The notes below the pieces were generated by a model, which saw only the letters and a list, made by a program, of their open reading frames with translations, was not told the origin of the DNA and made no database searches. From Eledone cirrhosa (taxonomy: Eukaryota): DNA of 64,000 bases. Position 1 is the first letter of the stretch. Each line of letters begins with the position of its first letter. The stretch is from positions 346,518,001 through 346,582,000 of the forward strand of contig OZ024740.1 in NCBI GenBank assembly GCA_964016885.1. The letters run 5' to 3'. Shown piece by piece: positions 1 through 13,340 of this stretch. The translations under genes were made by a program, and so were the position numbers.

Positions 1-637
1 CATGATGTAATTTATAGTTCTCTTAACTTGAAACAGTATTAGCTAATATTTTTCAAGTTAATTACATTCTTCCAAAATGTTGAAAATATGCATTTATACA
101 GCAAAAATGCTCATGAAGAACAGCTAAGCCAGTTTGAATCGAATAGATATCCCGACTGCTCAATTGAACATACCACGTATAATTATATCATTATATAATC
201 AAACTAATATTACCGTCCTTTGTAATAGAATGTTTATGCTGGGGAAAGTATCCATGATTATGGCTTAACTTCACATCATCTCGAGTAAAAATATAATTCA
301 GCTATAATTATTCAATATCAATATCAATATCAAACTTATTAGAAGAATAGCAAGTTACACTTCTATCATGTGAAAAACGGTTAGTTAAAATTTGCCATTA
401 AAGATTATAAAATGTGGTCAAGTAGAAATACTGACCGAAAGATTAAAATGCATCATATCACAGCTATTGTTCAATTATGCTAAGCAGACAAAGGGTATAT
501 CTTTAAGTGGCTGTATTAACATGCTGAGTTAAAGTATAGCCACTACTAGTATTACTATTGTTCCTCTCCAAATTACAATAGAAAATAGTAACCTAACTAA
601 ACATGAAAGAACAGCCGAACTCCCCCTGTCATCGCCT

Positions 638-740
638 CTATCTCTCCGTATTGTGAGCAAATGGAGTCCCACGTGCTGGCCTCCCCACAGCCCCGGCAGG
701 CAGAATGGAGAAGGCGTTTCCCCGGAGGATGGTCAGGGAG
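638..740 (-). mobile_element. Tiny 3' fragment of a CRE-like (REL-type) non-LTR retrotransposon
   Basis: GC-rich island; minus strand reads SLTILRGNAFSILPAGAV...*, resembling the C-terminal (S/A)xxIQRGNAxxIL motif of CRE-clade ORFs. Confidence 0.35.
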
Positions 741-2360
741 TATATATTTTGATAGGGTTATTCTCTAGTCAATGTTAGTGTTGTAGGTTGATTATCTATC
801 GGATAAGGGCTAAAACCAAAAGATGTAGCTACCATTCACGATAAATATTCTCGACACGGACGAGAGGTTTATTTTGCGTTAGTTTTAAATAGTATCTGTT
901 AATGATCGTTAGTTAAAATCGGAGAACATTTGCATGTACATATATTTTTTTGTAATTATTAATGCTACCTTCATGAAATCATTATTGTTTGTTATTGTAA
1001 GTCGAATATTAAATTGCCATATTAGACATACCGGTATTGTGCACGCTGAAGCAATACTCTACATAAATCCTCATGGATTCCTTTAGAGGTTTTCACATAT
1101 AGCATGAGCGAGATTAAATCGCATTATTATAGCAGATTCAACGACTAGAATGGACACAGAATCCGTATGCAGAAACTTATATCTGATAATCCTCTTATCA
1201 TTTAGACATTGATATACGCACCGTTGTTTGAGAACGGCAGATGTAGATTTCATTAGCTCAGATCTTGATAAAGTTAAACATTCAATGTCTTAGCTATGTT
1301 TATAGATGATAATAATCTACTAGCAGTATCATAGTCTTACATTGCAGGTATATACTCAGCCTTGCAAATAAATACTTTTAAAATAAATATTAATCTTAGA
1401 ATTTATAATTATTATTACGCATTCGTATATTTAATATAAAGTAAAACATCCAATTTATCATGTTAATCGAAGGTATGAATTGTATGATAAATATTATAAC
1501 ATGTATAAATATAGCTAAGACATAAACAGTTTAACTTTATTACGATCGCAGCATATGAAGTCAATAATTTTGTAATAATACTTTATTATAATTATCACCC
1601 ATGATCCCGTAATTTTTTATACAGTTTGTCATGGTCCAGATGGTTTGATTGATGTAATAATTAATATAATAAAGTTTTAAATTCTATGCATTAGCCATGT
1701 ATATTCAGATAATAATCTTATTAAGCATAATTCTATATTACTCTTATAATATTTTACATCATTCCTATTATCTCATCTAAATATGTTCTTTCTTACATTG
1801 TTATATTTTGAAATGTAGGTATGAATGAATTCATTCTAAATGTCGATTTTATTTTTTATTTTCTTATTAAACGCTTTTGTTGTTTTTAACATACAGCTTT
1901 TCGATAAAATGTTCTTTGCGTGCGTGCTACTTTTGTTATTATTGCGATGCGTGGTTATAAATCTATCTCTAATTTCGTCTGATGACGAAAACCTTTGAAT
2001 TTCTTAGTCACAGATTCAAATATAATATAGAAATGACTCTATATGTTAGGTATATCTATATATGTATGTGCGAGCGTTTGTGATACAGTTTTGTATGTGT
2101 AATACGTTAATTATTTGATAATCGGCAGTGACCTCCAGCACTATTTCTGAGCATCAAAAGAAAACTTGACAAGAGTCCGAGGATATACTGGCTCCGCATG
2201 GCAGCAATTGGCATGGACACCTAGCTAATAGGTAAAAAGCATAGAAATGCCAGGTAGATAGATCAGGAGAGAATACAGTGTATATTCTAATCTTGTATAT
2301 GTTACTATATTTATTTAATATCTATCATATGTCAACAGTGACATCAACAACAACAAGTGC

Positions 2361-2383
2361 AATGATAATAATTTTAATAATAA

Positions 2384-2470
<87 letters not shown>

Positions 2471-2474
2471 TAAT
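2361..2474. repeat. (AAT)n microsatellite
   Basis: Direct observation. Confidence 0.98.
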
Positions 2475-2475
2475 T

Positions 2476-2981
2476 TACCACATTCTTAGAAATGGTATCA
2501 GCATAGGCCAGAGGCGGTGATGGAGAACGATCAGGTGAAGGTGCTGTGGGATTTTAGGATACAGACGGACAAGAAACTGGAACACAAAAGACCTGACCTG
2601 GTGGTTGTGGACAAAGAAAAAAGAGCGTGTCTAATTGTGGATGTGGCCTGCCCATTCGACACGAGAGTGCAAGAGAAGGAGAGGGAGAAAATTAACCGAT
2701 ACCAAGATTAAAGTGGGAGGTAAAAAAGGATTTGGAACTGCCATGAAGTCAAAGTGATCCCGATCGTTATAGGCGCACTGGGTACTATCTCCAAAAGTTT
2801 CCAAGGATGGTTAAAGAAAATCGGCCCCTTCACGCTTTTTGGAACGCTTCAAAAGGCATGCTTGCTGGGAACAGCAAGAACCCTCCGATACGTCCTGAAT
2901 ATCTGAGGCTGCAGGTAGTGGCTTGATATTCATTCCAACAAACTTTCCAGTTAACCAATATCAATGATTGAGATTCAAGGA

Positions 2982-2985
<4 letters not shown>
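2476..2985 (+). mobile_element. R4/Dong-like LINE, 5'-truncated 3' end (REL endonuclease, 3'UTR, (TAA)n tail)
   Basis: VLWDFRIQTDKKLEHKRPDLVVVDK..LIVDVACPFD..EKINRYQD, then after a frameshift VIPIVIGALGT..LLGTARTLRYVLNI* (stop ~2904-2906); PD-(D/E)xK REL signature; followed by (AAT)n. Confidence 0.88.
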
Positions 2986-3019
<34 letters not shown>

Positions 3020-3021
<2 letters not shown>

Positions 3022-6000
3022 TTTCTTTATTAACCACAAGGGTTTACATAAAGTAGACATTAAGGACAGTACAGGACAATACAGGACGGTACAAATGGGC
3101 ATTTCTGCGTGTAAAAAAAAACAGAGGATGTAATAAAATAACAAAGAAATATTCCCCAATAGGGGGGAGACTTCCGAGGGACATTTGTGGAGAAAGCCCA
3201 TTAAAAGACAACAGTGAGCCTGACCACCAGGGCAAGTGCCCTCTCCCAGTTTTCCACCTTTAATTTACGGACACATACTCAGAGTAGGCCCATTCACGCG
3301 GGCCATACTTGCTTCTCTCACCCATCTTTCAATAAAATGCTGCGAAGAGAGCATTTCACTTTCTACCCTGATTTTCCTTTTCAAATGAAATTTGAAAAAG
3401 TTAATCAGGGCATCACCGAAGAGTTAAGTGCTCGTCTTCAGCCCTTTCAAACGTGTCCACCATACTATCCATTTCGCCATGGCCACCAGACAGATAAAAA
3501 CTGCCTGCCGTTCCCGGCTAAAGGAAGAGGGCGGGGCAATCTTCACGATGGACTCAGCTGATAGCTGGATCCGTCCTACACGTGACAGCAGGTTTTCGAC
3601 ATGAACCCACAAGTCAGCTATGCTCGGACACTGGACCAGTGCGTGCAGGACGGTTTCGTCGCCCTGCGCGCATCTCGGACATGCCCGGCTGACGGCACCT
3701 CCATGCCTGTAGAGTTTATCCCGAACTGCCACCGCTCCCCGGTAGCACTGCCAGGCCAGAGATTTCTGGATGTTGTTCATAGGCCCCGGCCCGAAAGTCC
3801 GTCGGAAGAGATTGGCTAGTTGATTTTCGTCGACGCCAGAGTTTCTCCAAGTACATCGTCGCTCTTTCCCTCCACTAATCCTCTATAGAACGCCAAGGTG
3901 TAGTTTCCACCGATCACATTGCCCGATTGGTCGAGGGCTGTGAGCGCCTGAAGACATTCCAGTCTCCAAGAGCTCCCTCTCGGTCTTCGCTTGACCCAGG
4001 ACTGCAGCTCCGTCAAGCAGATGAGCTGGAGAAAGACGTATCTAGCAAACGGCGACCACACCTTATCACTGTCGAGGAAGAGGTGGAGATGTCGTAGCCT
4101 GAGCGCGTGTCTGCGCATTATCAGCCACGGCATTCCCAGCCCTCCACGGAGCGGGTGTTGACAGCAGATAGACCGCCTGACCATCGGAGCGCGACCCTTC
4201 CACAAAAAGCGAAAGAGCAAACGCTCCAGCGCAGTCAGGCGTGGTTTAGGACAAGGTACGACTGTCAGGCGGTAGCAGATGACAGACGCGATGCATGCGT
4301 TAGCCACATCCGCTCGACCTTTCAGGGATAGCTTCCTCTCTGCTTATTTCTGACCCTGCTTCCATGACGACCCCAAGCCACGCGCATTTATGCTGCCTAT
4401 TCTGAGTGAGGTCATGTTTAAAATAGAGTGGAAAAGATGGGAAAGACCACTTACCGTACTTTTCGTAGAGGAAGGATGGTTTTTCCATCCCTTATCCCTT
4501 GATCGTCTGGTGAAGGGACCGTTGAATCGTCCCTTCGGCTGGTCGCCGGCACTTCTATGAGTATGTCCGAATATACTCTCCGGTTGAGAGTCCCTCCTAA
4601 GTCTCTAAAATCACCAACTGCGTTGGGGAATTTCGTTTTAATGTTTGTGTATTGTTTCTGTGCTATTTTTAGCAGTCTTGTGTTAGTTGGCGTTTTGATT
4701 TGTGCTGCTATTATGTAGTCGTGCTGTGAAATGTCTGTGTGTTCAATTATGTAAGTCATTAGTTTCTTGTTGTGTGTATTTATTGCCGTGCATTTGTTTT
4801 TCTGGGGGTGAGGTACGGTACTGCTATTTTCTTGTCGTTGTTGCTGGTTGTGTGTGTTTTGTTGTTGTGTTTGCAATGTTGGTGCTTGTGGTGGTGGTGA
4901 TGAAGTTGTTGTTGGCGGTGGGGTTGGCGCCGGTGGTGATGGTGGTGCTAGTGTGGGTGGTGTTGATGTTGGTGGTGCTGCTGCTGTGAGTCTCTTTGCA
5001 GTAGCCTTTACCCTTTTTTCATTTCTTTCCTCCCTTTTCGAAGGCGACGACGCGCTGCTTCTGCGTTTGTGCCTTCTTACGACCTTTTGCCATCGTTCTC
5101 CCACCTCACACTCCATGTCTTATTCTGTGAGGTCGGGGAGAGGTACCAGCTCCACTCTTTCACTTGTTGTTGTTGGTGATGTTATTACTGGAGTCTCTGT
5201 TGCAGCTGCATTTGGTATTACTGTTGTTGTTGTTAATACTTCCACTGCTGCTGCTGTTTTTTGATTTCCGTGGCGTGGGTATGGGTGCCAGGGACCTATC
5301 GTACCTGGTTGCCGTTTGTCCTGTTGCTGATAGCCGTGGAGCCGGTTTCGGAAGGAGGGGGGTTTTCTCCTTTCTCAGGGTCTTCTCGTTGCAGATGGCC
5401 CTGAGGTGAGTCTTCGATCCACAGAAAAACATTTCGGGCGTTTGCCCTCAACACTTATGGGCAGTTGAGTGCCGTTATCGAAGTCTATCACATCCGGGAT
5501 AGCTTCGATGCACTCCTGGTTGGTTTGGATTAACATCTCAATGGAGGTGCCGACCCAATCTTCTCTTACTTTATTCTGTACTTGCAGTACAGTTGTTTTG
5601 TCCTCGATTCCGACGAGGACAGACGCGTCCAGCCAAGAAAGAGCCATCCCGGGGGGACGTGGGTCAGTTTGACCCTCACAATTTTTTGCCCGCAGTAGGA
5701 GGGCACCAACACCATTTCCTCGCTCCTTAGGGTCACTAAGGATTGAGCCTTTGCCTCCTGGGTGTGGCGAAAAGCACTTCTGCGGTGGCATATTTCTTGC
5801 CTCGGGTGATGTGCGTTTTCCGCTGCCACACAGACCCTAAGGATTTTTGTAATTGAGCCTCCGTGGCTCTTTCAACCCTACGGGATTTTGTGCTTACTAT
5901 ACGGTACGGGACCGTACAGTGCTGTTGGGTTTCGAAAAACTTTTCGGCTGCCTTGCAGATTGATCGGTTTCCGGTTTTCGTCACCATGTTCTTCGCTTCC

Positions 6001-6808
6001 TCTAATTCCTCATTTGTTATGAGGATGGTTTCCAGGTTCTTTGCGATACCTAAAAAACGAGATTGGTTTTTCTTTGCTGCTGTTGTTGTTGTTGTTGTTG
6101 TCGTCAGAGCTGCTGTTACTTTTGTTGTTGCTGCAGGTACTACGACTACTGCCGCCGCCGCTGTTGCTGTGGTTGTTGTTGTTGGTGTTGCTGGTGCTGC
6201 TGTTGTTGTTGCTGTTGCTGCTAATTCTGTTGTTGTTTATGCTGCGGCTGATGCTATTGCGGCTGCTACTGTTGTTTTCCTTGTCTCTGTTGCTGCTGCT
6301 CTGTTATTACGGCTGCTACTGCTATTATTCCTGACGTCAGACGAATGAAATGGGTTTTTTGTATTTCCCGCACACCTTTTTCGTCGTTGTTGTCGTCGTC
6401 TTGGAGAAATCTTGCACGCTTTGCACGTGATTTTTCTTTTCTGGCGTCGCTTGCGAAAGAGAAGGGAGGGAGAGAGACACATTTAGAGAAGGGAGGGAGA
6501 GAGACAATCTTCTCTCTGCTGTAGTGACGATTGAGAAAGAAGAAGACGGAATGAGTGGGAGTGACCTATGAAAATTATTTTTCGTAGCCATGTTTTATTT
6601 TTTTGTTTAAAATAAATATTGGTCACAAAACCCCAATAAGCGGTTATTTACCCCCGAAGGGCCAAATAACGGGCAGAAAGACCCCTCTCACGAGGAGGAG
6701 GGTGTTTTTGTCTACAAGTTGTTTAAAGTTTTAAACAATTTACAATTGTTATAGCGGTAAACATTTACAATACCTTACAGAGCCGAGCCTCCGTCAACCA
6801 TAGCATTC
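3020..6808 (-). mobile_element. Tx1-like LINE subfamily A, internally deleted (ORF1 plus fused N- and C-termini of ORF2)
   Basis: 3'UTR with AATAAA and (ATT)n tail at 3020; ORF2 C-terminus CPRC..ETVLHALVQC; ORF2 start MTSLRIGSINARGLGSSWKQG at 4415; ORF1 with CCHC knuckle; (AAT)n at both ends. Confidence 0.88.
4451..6591 (-). pseudogene. Tx1-like ORF1 (gag-like, zinc knuckle), frameshifted
   Basis: Pieces KAAEKFFETQQHCTVPYR..ITRGKKYATAEVLFATP, CFFCGSKTHLRAIC (~5390-5435) and ..RRVYSDILIEVP..STVPSP; homologous to 13341-15073. Confidence 0.78.

Positions 6809-6856
<48 letters not shown>
6809..6856. repeat. (AAT)n microsatellite between elements
   Basis: Direct observation. Confidence 0.97.
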
Positions 6857-8745
6857 TTAGAGATTTTCAAAATATCTCCCGTTGTCAGGAGGTTTCTGTG
6901 ATCCAGTATAAAGACATGGAAAACGATACTCCTTTGGAATAGTGAAACAAAATCACTGAAAGCTGGAGAAGTTAATATTAATTGTGGAATTTTTCAGGGT
7001 GACTCTTTATCACCGCTTTTATTCTGCATCGCACTTATACGATTAATTAAAATGCTCAATGACACAAAACATGTATATAACATCTATGACAAAACCATTA
7101 ATCACTTGTTCTACATGGATGAACTGAAACTATTTAGAAAAAATGATGACATTAAAATGGAGTTTGAACTAGATAAATGCGCCAAAGCACCGTTCACCAA
7201 AGGAAAGCTGCTGAAAGGTTCAGACATTAATCTTGATCGAGGGAATGTGATAAGAGAACTTGATCAAGAGGAAACTTACAGATATCTAGGTGTTTGTGAA
7301 GGAAACGGAATCAAGCACTCGACAATGAGGGAAAGGATAAGGAAGGAATGTTACCGCAGAGTGAGAGCAATCTTAAGAACGGAATTGAATGCAAGGAATA
7401 GGATCGCGGCCATAAACACGCCTGCCATACCAGTAGTAACCTATGGCTTCAACTGGTCAAACACAGAGAACCGTAGGCTCGATACAAAAATTTGAAAATT
7501 CTTTACCATGCACAGAATCAATCACCCTAAGCCATATACAAATAGAATATATCTCCCTGGGAAAGAAGGAGGACGTGGGTTAATCCAGTTAGACATTGCG
7601 TTGAAAACTGCAACAATTGGATTATCTACATATCTAAGGGAATCACATGATTGGATGATCAAACTCGTTTTGAAACACGAAAGCATCAAAATATTATACT
7701 CCATTACAAAAGATGCACAAAGATACAGTAATGGACTACAAATTTCAGAAGTCTCATATACTGCTGAAATGGAAAACACAGAAAAAGCAAAGTTGGTAAA
7801 AGTAACTGCAAAGAAAGAACTGCTACAGAAACTGGCTAAGAAATGGCAAGAAAAGCCTCTGTATGGAAAATACCCAGAACGAGCTAACAATCCTGATGTT
7901 GACAAAACTTTAACCCATCAGTGGTTGGCATCCTCTGGACTGAAATCGGAGACTGAAAGACTGATTATATCAACACAAGATCGGTGTCTGCCAACAAAAA
8001 ATTACCAAGCCAACATAATAAAAAATGGATGCAGCCCATTATGCCATGTATGTAAAAAACAACCAGAGACCATTGACCATATAATTTGAATGTGCATTCC
8101 TATAGCTCCAACCGAATACCTAAACAGAGCTGCACAATACATACATTGGATAATGTGTAAGCATTTTGACCTGCCCCATCAAAAGAATTGGCGGGAGCAT
8201 CAACCACCTCCCATACTTGAAAAAGATCACATCTCAATCTTGTCGAACTTTAGCATCCAAACAGACCGAAAAATAGATGCAAATAGACCTGATATAATAC
8301 TGAAGGACTTTCAAAAGAGGGTATGCCTGCTAATTGATATGTCCGTTCCAATAGACAAGATTGTGTCTATAAAAACATTTGAAAAACTGAGCAAGTATAA
8401 GGACCTGGAGATAGAAATTGGAAAACTGTTGAAATTGAGAACTAAAACAATACCAGTGGTTGTAGGCGCTCTAGGAATGATACCTAAGGGGTCTAATGAT
8501 TACTTATCGCAAATCCCAGGAAACCCGCGTATAGGAGAAATACAAAAGATAGTACTAATGGGAACTGCCCATATACTAAGGAAGATTCTGTCAATATAAT
8601 TACATCACAAGTCTAAACACCTAAAGATGCATGTGTGAGTATGTATGTTCTTTCTTGAACATGGCGGACCTTGTTGTCTCTTGAGGTCACTGGTTGTGAC
8701 TTGGTGATAACTCGTATGAACATAAAGCAAGATAAATGCAGCTGT
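6857..8745 (+). mobile_element. R4/Dong-like LINE, 5'-truncated (RT C-half, CCHC, REL), degenerate
   Basis: GIFQGDSLSPLLF, HLFYMDELKLF, GGRGL, CHVCKKQPETIDHII, RPDIILKD..LIDMSVP..KYKDL..VVVGALG; stop at 8599; 3'UTR, then (AAT)n 8745-8769. Confidence 0.92.
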
Positions 8746-8767
8746 AATAATAATAATAATAATAATA

Positions 8768-9588
8768 ATTTCTTTATTAACCACAAGGGTTTACATAAAG
8801 TAGACATTAAGGACAGTACAGAACAATACAGGACGGTACAAATAGGCATTTCCGCGTGTAAAAAACAAGAAACAGAGGATGTAATAATATAACAATGAAA
8901 AAATTCCCCAGTGGGGGAGAGACTTCCGAGGGACATTCGTGGAGAAAACCCATTAAAAAGCCACAGTGACCCTGACCACCAGGACAAGTGCCCTCTCCCA
9001 GTTTTCCACCTTTAATTTACAGACACATACTCAGAGTAGGCCCATTCACTCGGGCCATTCTTGCCTCTCTCACCCATCTTTCAACAAAATGCTGGGAAGA
9101 GAGCACTTCCCTTTCTACCCTGATTTTCCTTTTCAAATGAAATTTGAAAAAGTTAACAGGGCATCACATAAGAGGTAAGTGCTCGTCTTCAGCACTTTCA
9201 AACGTGTACACCATAGTATCCCTTTCGCCATGGCCACCAGACAGATAAAAACTGCCTGCCCTTCCCGGCTAAAGGAAGAGGGTGGGGCAATCCTCACGAT
9301 GGACTCAGCTGATAGCTGGATCCGTTCTACACGTGACAGCAGGTTTTCGACATGAACCCACGAGTCAGCTATGCTCGGACACTGGACGAGTGCGTGCAGG
9401 ACAGTTTCGTCGCCCTGCGCGCATCTCGGACATGCCCGGCTGACGGCACCTCCATGCCTGTAGAGTTTATCCCGAACTGGTAAATCTCCTCGGTAGCACT
9501 GCCAGGCCAGGGATTTCTGGAAGTTGTCCATAGGCCCCGGCCCGAAAGTTTTTCCGAAGAGATTGGTTAGTTGATTTTCGTCGACGCC
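8768..9588 (-). mobile_element. Tx1-like subfamily A, 5'-truncated 3' fragment
   Basis: Colinear and highly similar to 3020-3838 (3'UTR and ORF2 C-terminus); (AAT)n on both sides. Confidence 0.92.
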
Positions 9589-9904
9589 TATAATAATAAT
9601 AATAATAATGATTTCTTTATTGGCCACACGGGTTGACATCAAGTAAAACATTACAGACGGCACAGGACGGTACGATGTAGGTTTTGTGCGTGTAAATATT
9701 TTTATTATTTATATAAGAAAAGAAAAAAAAAGGACATAGAAACATATATATATATAAACAATAAAAATGAAAATTGAAACACTGAAAAATTCCCCAATAG
9801 GGGGGAAACCTCAGAGGGTTACTCGTGGCGAAAACCACACAAAAGACGACGGCCACCCTGCCCACCATGTCAAGCGCCCTCTCTCAATTTTTCCATCTCT
9901 CAAA

Positions 9905-12900
9905 CTACAGACGTATATTCAGACCATTATCGCTACATTCACCCACATTTCAACAAACTTGCTAGAAGGCAGCACTTGCCTCTCCACCCTGATTTTCCTC
10001 TGCAAGTGAAACTTGAAAAAGTTAATTAGGGATTCGCCGAAGAGGAAAGTGTTTGTCTTTAACCCTTTTAACCTTGTCCACCACACAATCTCTTTCGCTA
10101 TGGCCACCAGGCAGATGAAAACCGCCTGCCCTTCCTCCTCGAAGGAAGACGGCGAGACCATCTGCACAATGGACTCAGTCGACAACCGGATCAGTCCCAC
10201 ACGTGACAGCAACTGTTCGACATAGCTCCACAAGTCAGCAATGCTCGGGCACTGAACGAGTGCGTGCACAACGGTTTCGTCGCTCTACGCGCATCTCGGA
10301 CAGGTTCGGGTACGGCACTTCCGTGCCTGTAGAGCTTATCTCGAACCGGCAGCGCTCCCCAGTAACACTGCCAGACCAGGGATAATTGGAAGTTATCCAT
10401 AGGCCCTGGGCTGAAAGTTCTCCGGAAGAGAGCAATCAGCTGATCTTCTTCGACGCCCAGGATCTCTCCGAGAAGGTCGTCGCATTTCCCCTCCACTAGT
10501 CCTCTATAGAACGCCGAGGTGGATGTTCCACCAATACTGGTGCCCAACTGGGAGATGGCAGTGAGCGCCTGGAGTCATTCCAGTTTCCAAGCTCTATCCC
10601 TCGGTCTTTTTCTGACCCAGGACTGCAGCTCCGTCAAGGAGACGAGCTGTGGGAAAACGTGCCTGGCGAACGGCGACCAAACCCGTTCACCATCCAGGAA
10701 GCACCAGAGATGTCGCAGCCTCAGCGCATGTTTGTGCCTCATCAGCTATGGCATGCCCAGTCCTCCACGCAACGGGTGTTGACAGCAGATGGATCGTCTG
10801 ACCATGTGAGCGAGTCCCTTCCACAAAAAACGGAAGAGGAGGCGCTCCATTTTGGTGAGAGTTGGGCTGGAGCAAGGGACGAAGGTGAGGCGGTAGCTGA
10901 TGACGGATGCGATGTACGCATTCGCCACTTCCACCCGGCCTTTCAGGGACGGCTTCCTCGCAGCCTATTTCTAGGTGAGGGAGGCCACCCTGCTCGTCAC
11001 CTCGTTCCAGTTTTTCTCCATCTGGAGGTCCGGTCCGAACCAGACCCCGAGCAATTTAACCGGTCCGTCCATCCAACGCCTTACGGCGCTGTCGGACGGC
11101 ATGGAATTGCCTCTCCAGGTGCCGAGCTGCAAGCCCACCGACTTTTCCTGGTTTATCTTTGCTCCTGTCACCGCTTCGTATTCCTTGAGAGAGGTGCCGA
11201 GCATCTGGAAGTCTCTGGTGCTCGACACCACCACGGTGACGTCGTCAGCGTAATCCGACTCGGATTTCCCGCATCCTAGTTCGCATGAGACGCCCCTCAT
11301 CGCCCCCAGTTTGTGCAATAACGGCTCGAGAGCCAATACGTACAAAAGGGAGGAGAGGGGACAACCCTGGCTTACTGAGCGCATGCATGAACCTGAACGG
11401 CTGCGACAGGTGACCGTTCACCCTTACAACTGAGCAGATGTCGATGTACATTGCTGCGATCCAACCCCTGAAAACGGGCCCGAAACTGGCTGCCTCAAGG
11501 ACCGCCGCCAGGTACCGATGGTCATCCCTATCGAATGCTTTGGATTGATCCAAGTCGATCAGCGCCCCACCATTGCCAGGTTCCTTAACCACCCTTTCTA
11601 TGATGTATCGCATGAGGTGGAGGTTGTCGTGTATAGATCTGTCCGGAATGGCGCATGTCTGCGCCTCTCCCACCAGACCCTTGACGACAAGCGCCAACCT
11701 CGTTGCTAACACCTTGGCCAAAATCTTGAACTCAGCGTTTAGTAGGGTCATGGGCCTGAAATTATCGATAACATCCCCCTTGTTCGGGTCTTTTCTCAGC
11801 AGCGCCACTGCCCCCCCGGCTCACAAAACTGGGAATGCTCCCCTTCTGCTGCGAGTTGCAGTAGATGTCTGCCAAGAGGTCACCAAACAAGTCTGGCATA
11901 AAATCATAAAGCTCGTAGGGCAGACCATCTAAACCTGGCGATTTACCCCTTGTGCAGTTAGCCATCGCTTCCCGTATTTCACTGGCTATTAATGGCTTCT
12001 CACAACACTGTGCTGCGGTCGTAGTGAGCAGAGGCAGTCCGTCGAGGTATGCCCTGAAGTCCACACCCCGATCCGGGCCGCCACCGCTCCCGAGCTGTTC
12101 AGCAAAGTGCTGCTGAAAAGCTTCACACATCCGCTCGGGTTAGAGCATAACGAACACATTTTGGTCAGACAAAGACCGAATTGTGGCTTTGTTGCCACGT
12201 CACGCCTCTGCCACCCGGGCCCATTGGACGGCTTTTGTCCCCTCGTTTTGCAGAGCACGCGCTCTAGCTCTGACAACGCAGCCTTCGTGTTTTACATTGA
12301 AGAATTGGTCGAGTGCCAATCTCGCCGCAAGCACGTCGGTTGCGATGCCTGTCCTAAACGCCTCTTGTAGCTTTCTGACTAGCTCTCCCTCTACTCTATT
12401 TTCCTCTATCACTACACCTTTGCTAAACCTAATCGACTCTACTTTAATTGCCCTTTTCAGGGCGAACCACCACCTGTTATTGACGACCGCTCCCGTCAAC
12501 GCCCGCTTAACTAATACGCTAATCCGGTCTCTGTAGGCTTTGCGCGCCGGGAAAGACGCGTTCAGCTTCCAGTAACCAGGCCCTTGTCTATGAAGTCTGT
12601 TTATGTCGATCTCACAGATCACAAATTTGTGATCTGTGTAGTCGACTATTTTAAATTGTGGACAACTTATACTAGCCTTATCTAGTTATATGCAGAAAAG
12701 CCTATCGAGATACGATCTGGATGACCCGATGCGGTTTGTCCATGTCCACATTGGCACATTTGGGTGATCCAGTCGATGCCTGTCAGACAGTTCAAAACGT
12801 GTGAGCAATTTGGTGAGGCTCTTGCACCCTCTTCCCCTATCCACTAGCCCCACACGATCCCAGCGTGCACCCAAGATACCGTTCCAGTCGCCCACTAACA

Positions 12901-13308
12901 GTAAAGAGCGGGACGTTCCAAGAAAGATCTATAGACGTCTGAAGAAATCTGGCCGTCCTGCCCCTATTGGGGCGTAGACGGCTACTAGCCTGAAAGCATT
13001 GCCTTCGCTGCCGGTCACGTCCAGCACCACCGACTTACCTTCTGGGTCCAGGACGATGGCCCGTATCGCGAAGTCCAAGTCTCTCCGATAAAGGACGGCA
13101 GCCCCTCCCCCGATCCTGGACGGCTGGGAGATGCGTATACGTCGTAGCCGCCGAAGATCGGTGCGAAGGCCCGTACTTCGGAGATTCTGGTTTCACTGAT
13201 GGCCACCACATCTATGTTTGGTGACCTGAGGTCATTGAGCAGGTGACCCTGCTTCCAAGATGACCCCAGGCCACGTGTATTTATACTGCCTATTCTGAGT
13301 ACAGCCAT
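9905..13308 (-). pseudogene. Tx1-like ORF2 (APE endonuclease, reverse transcriptase, C-terminal Cys region), multiple frameshifts/stops
   Basis: RIGSINTRGL..VVAISET, GDWNGIL, SYLDRL, YWKLN, KSPGLDGLPYE, NFRPMTLLNAEFKILAK, DQSKAFDR, QGCPLSSLLY, YADDVT, RGGLGMP. Confidence 0.92.
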
Positions 13309-13340
13309 GTTGGATGCGAAACGGGGCAAGTGAGAAAGGG

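Noticed and set aside
1975-1995. CTGATGACGAAA hammerhead-like word
   Set aside because: No helix II or supporting helices; expected by chance in AT-rich DNA.
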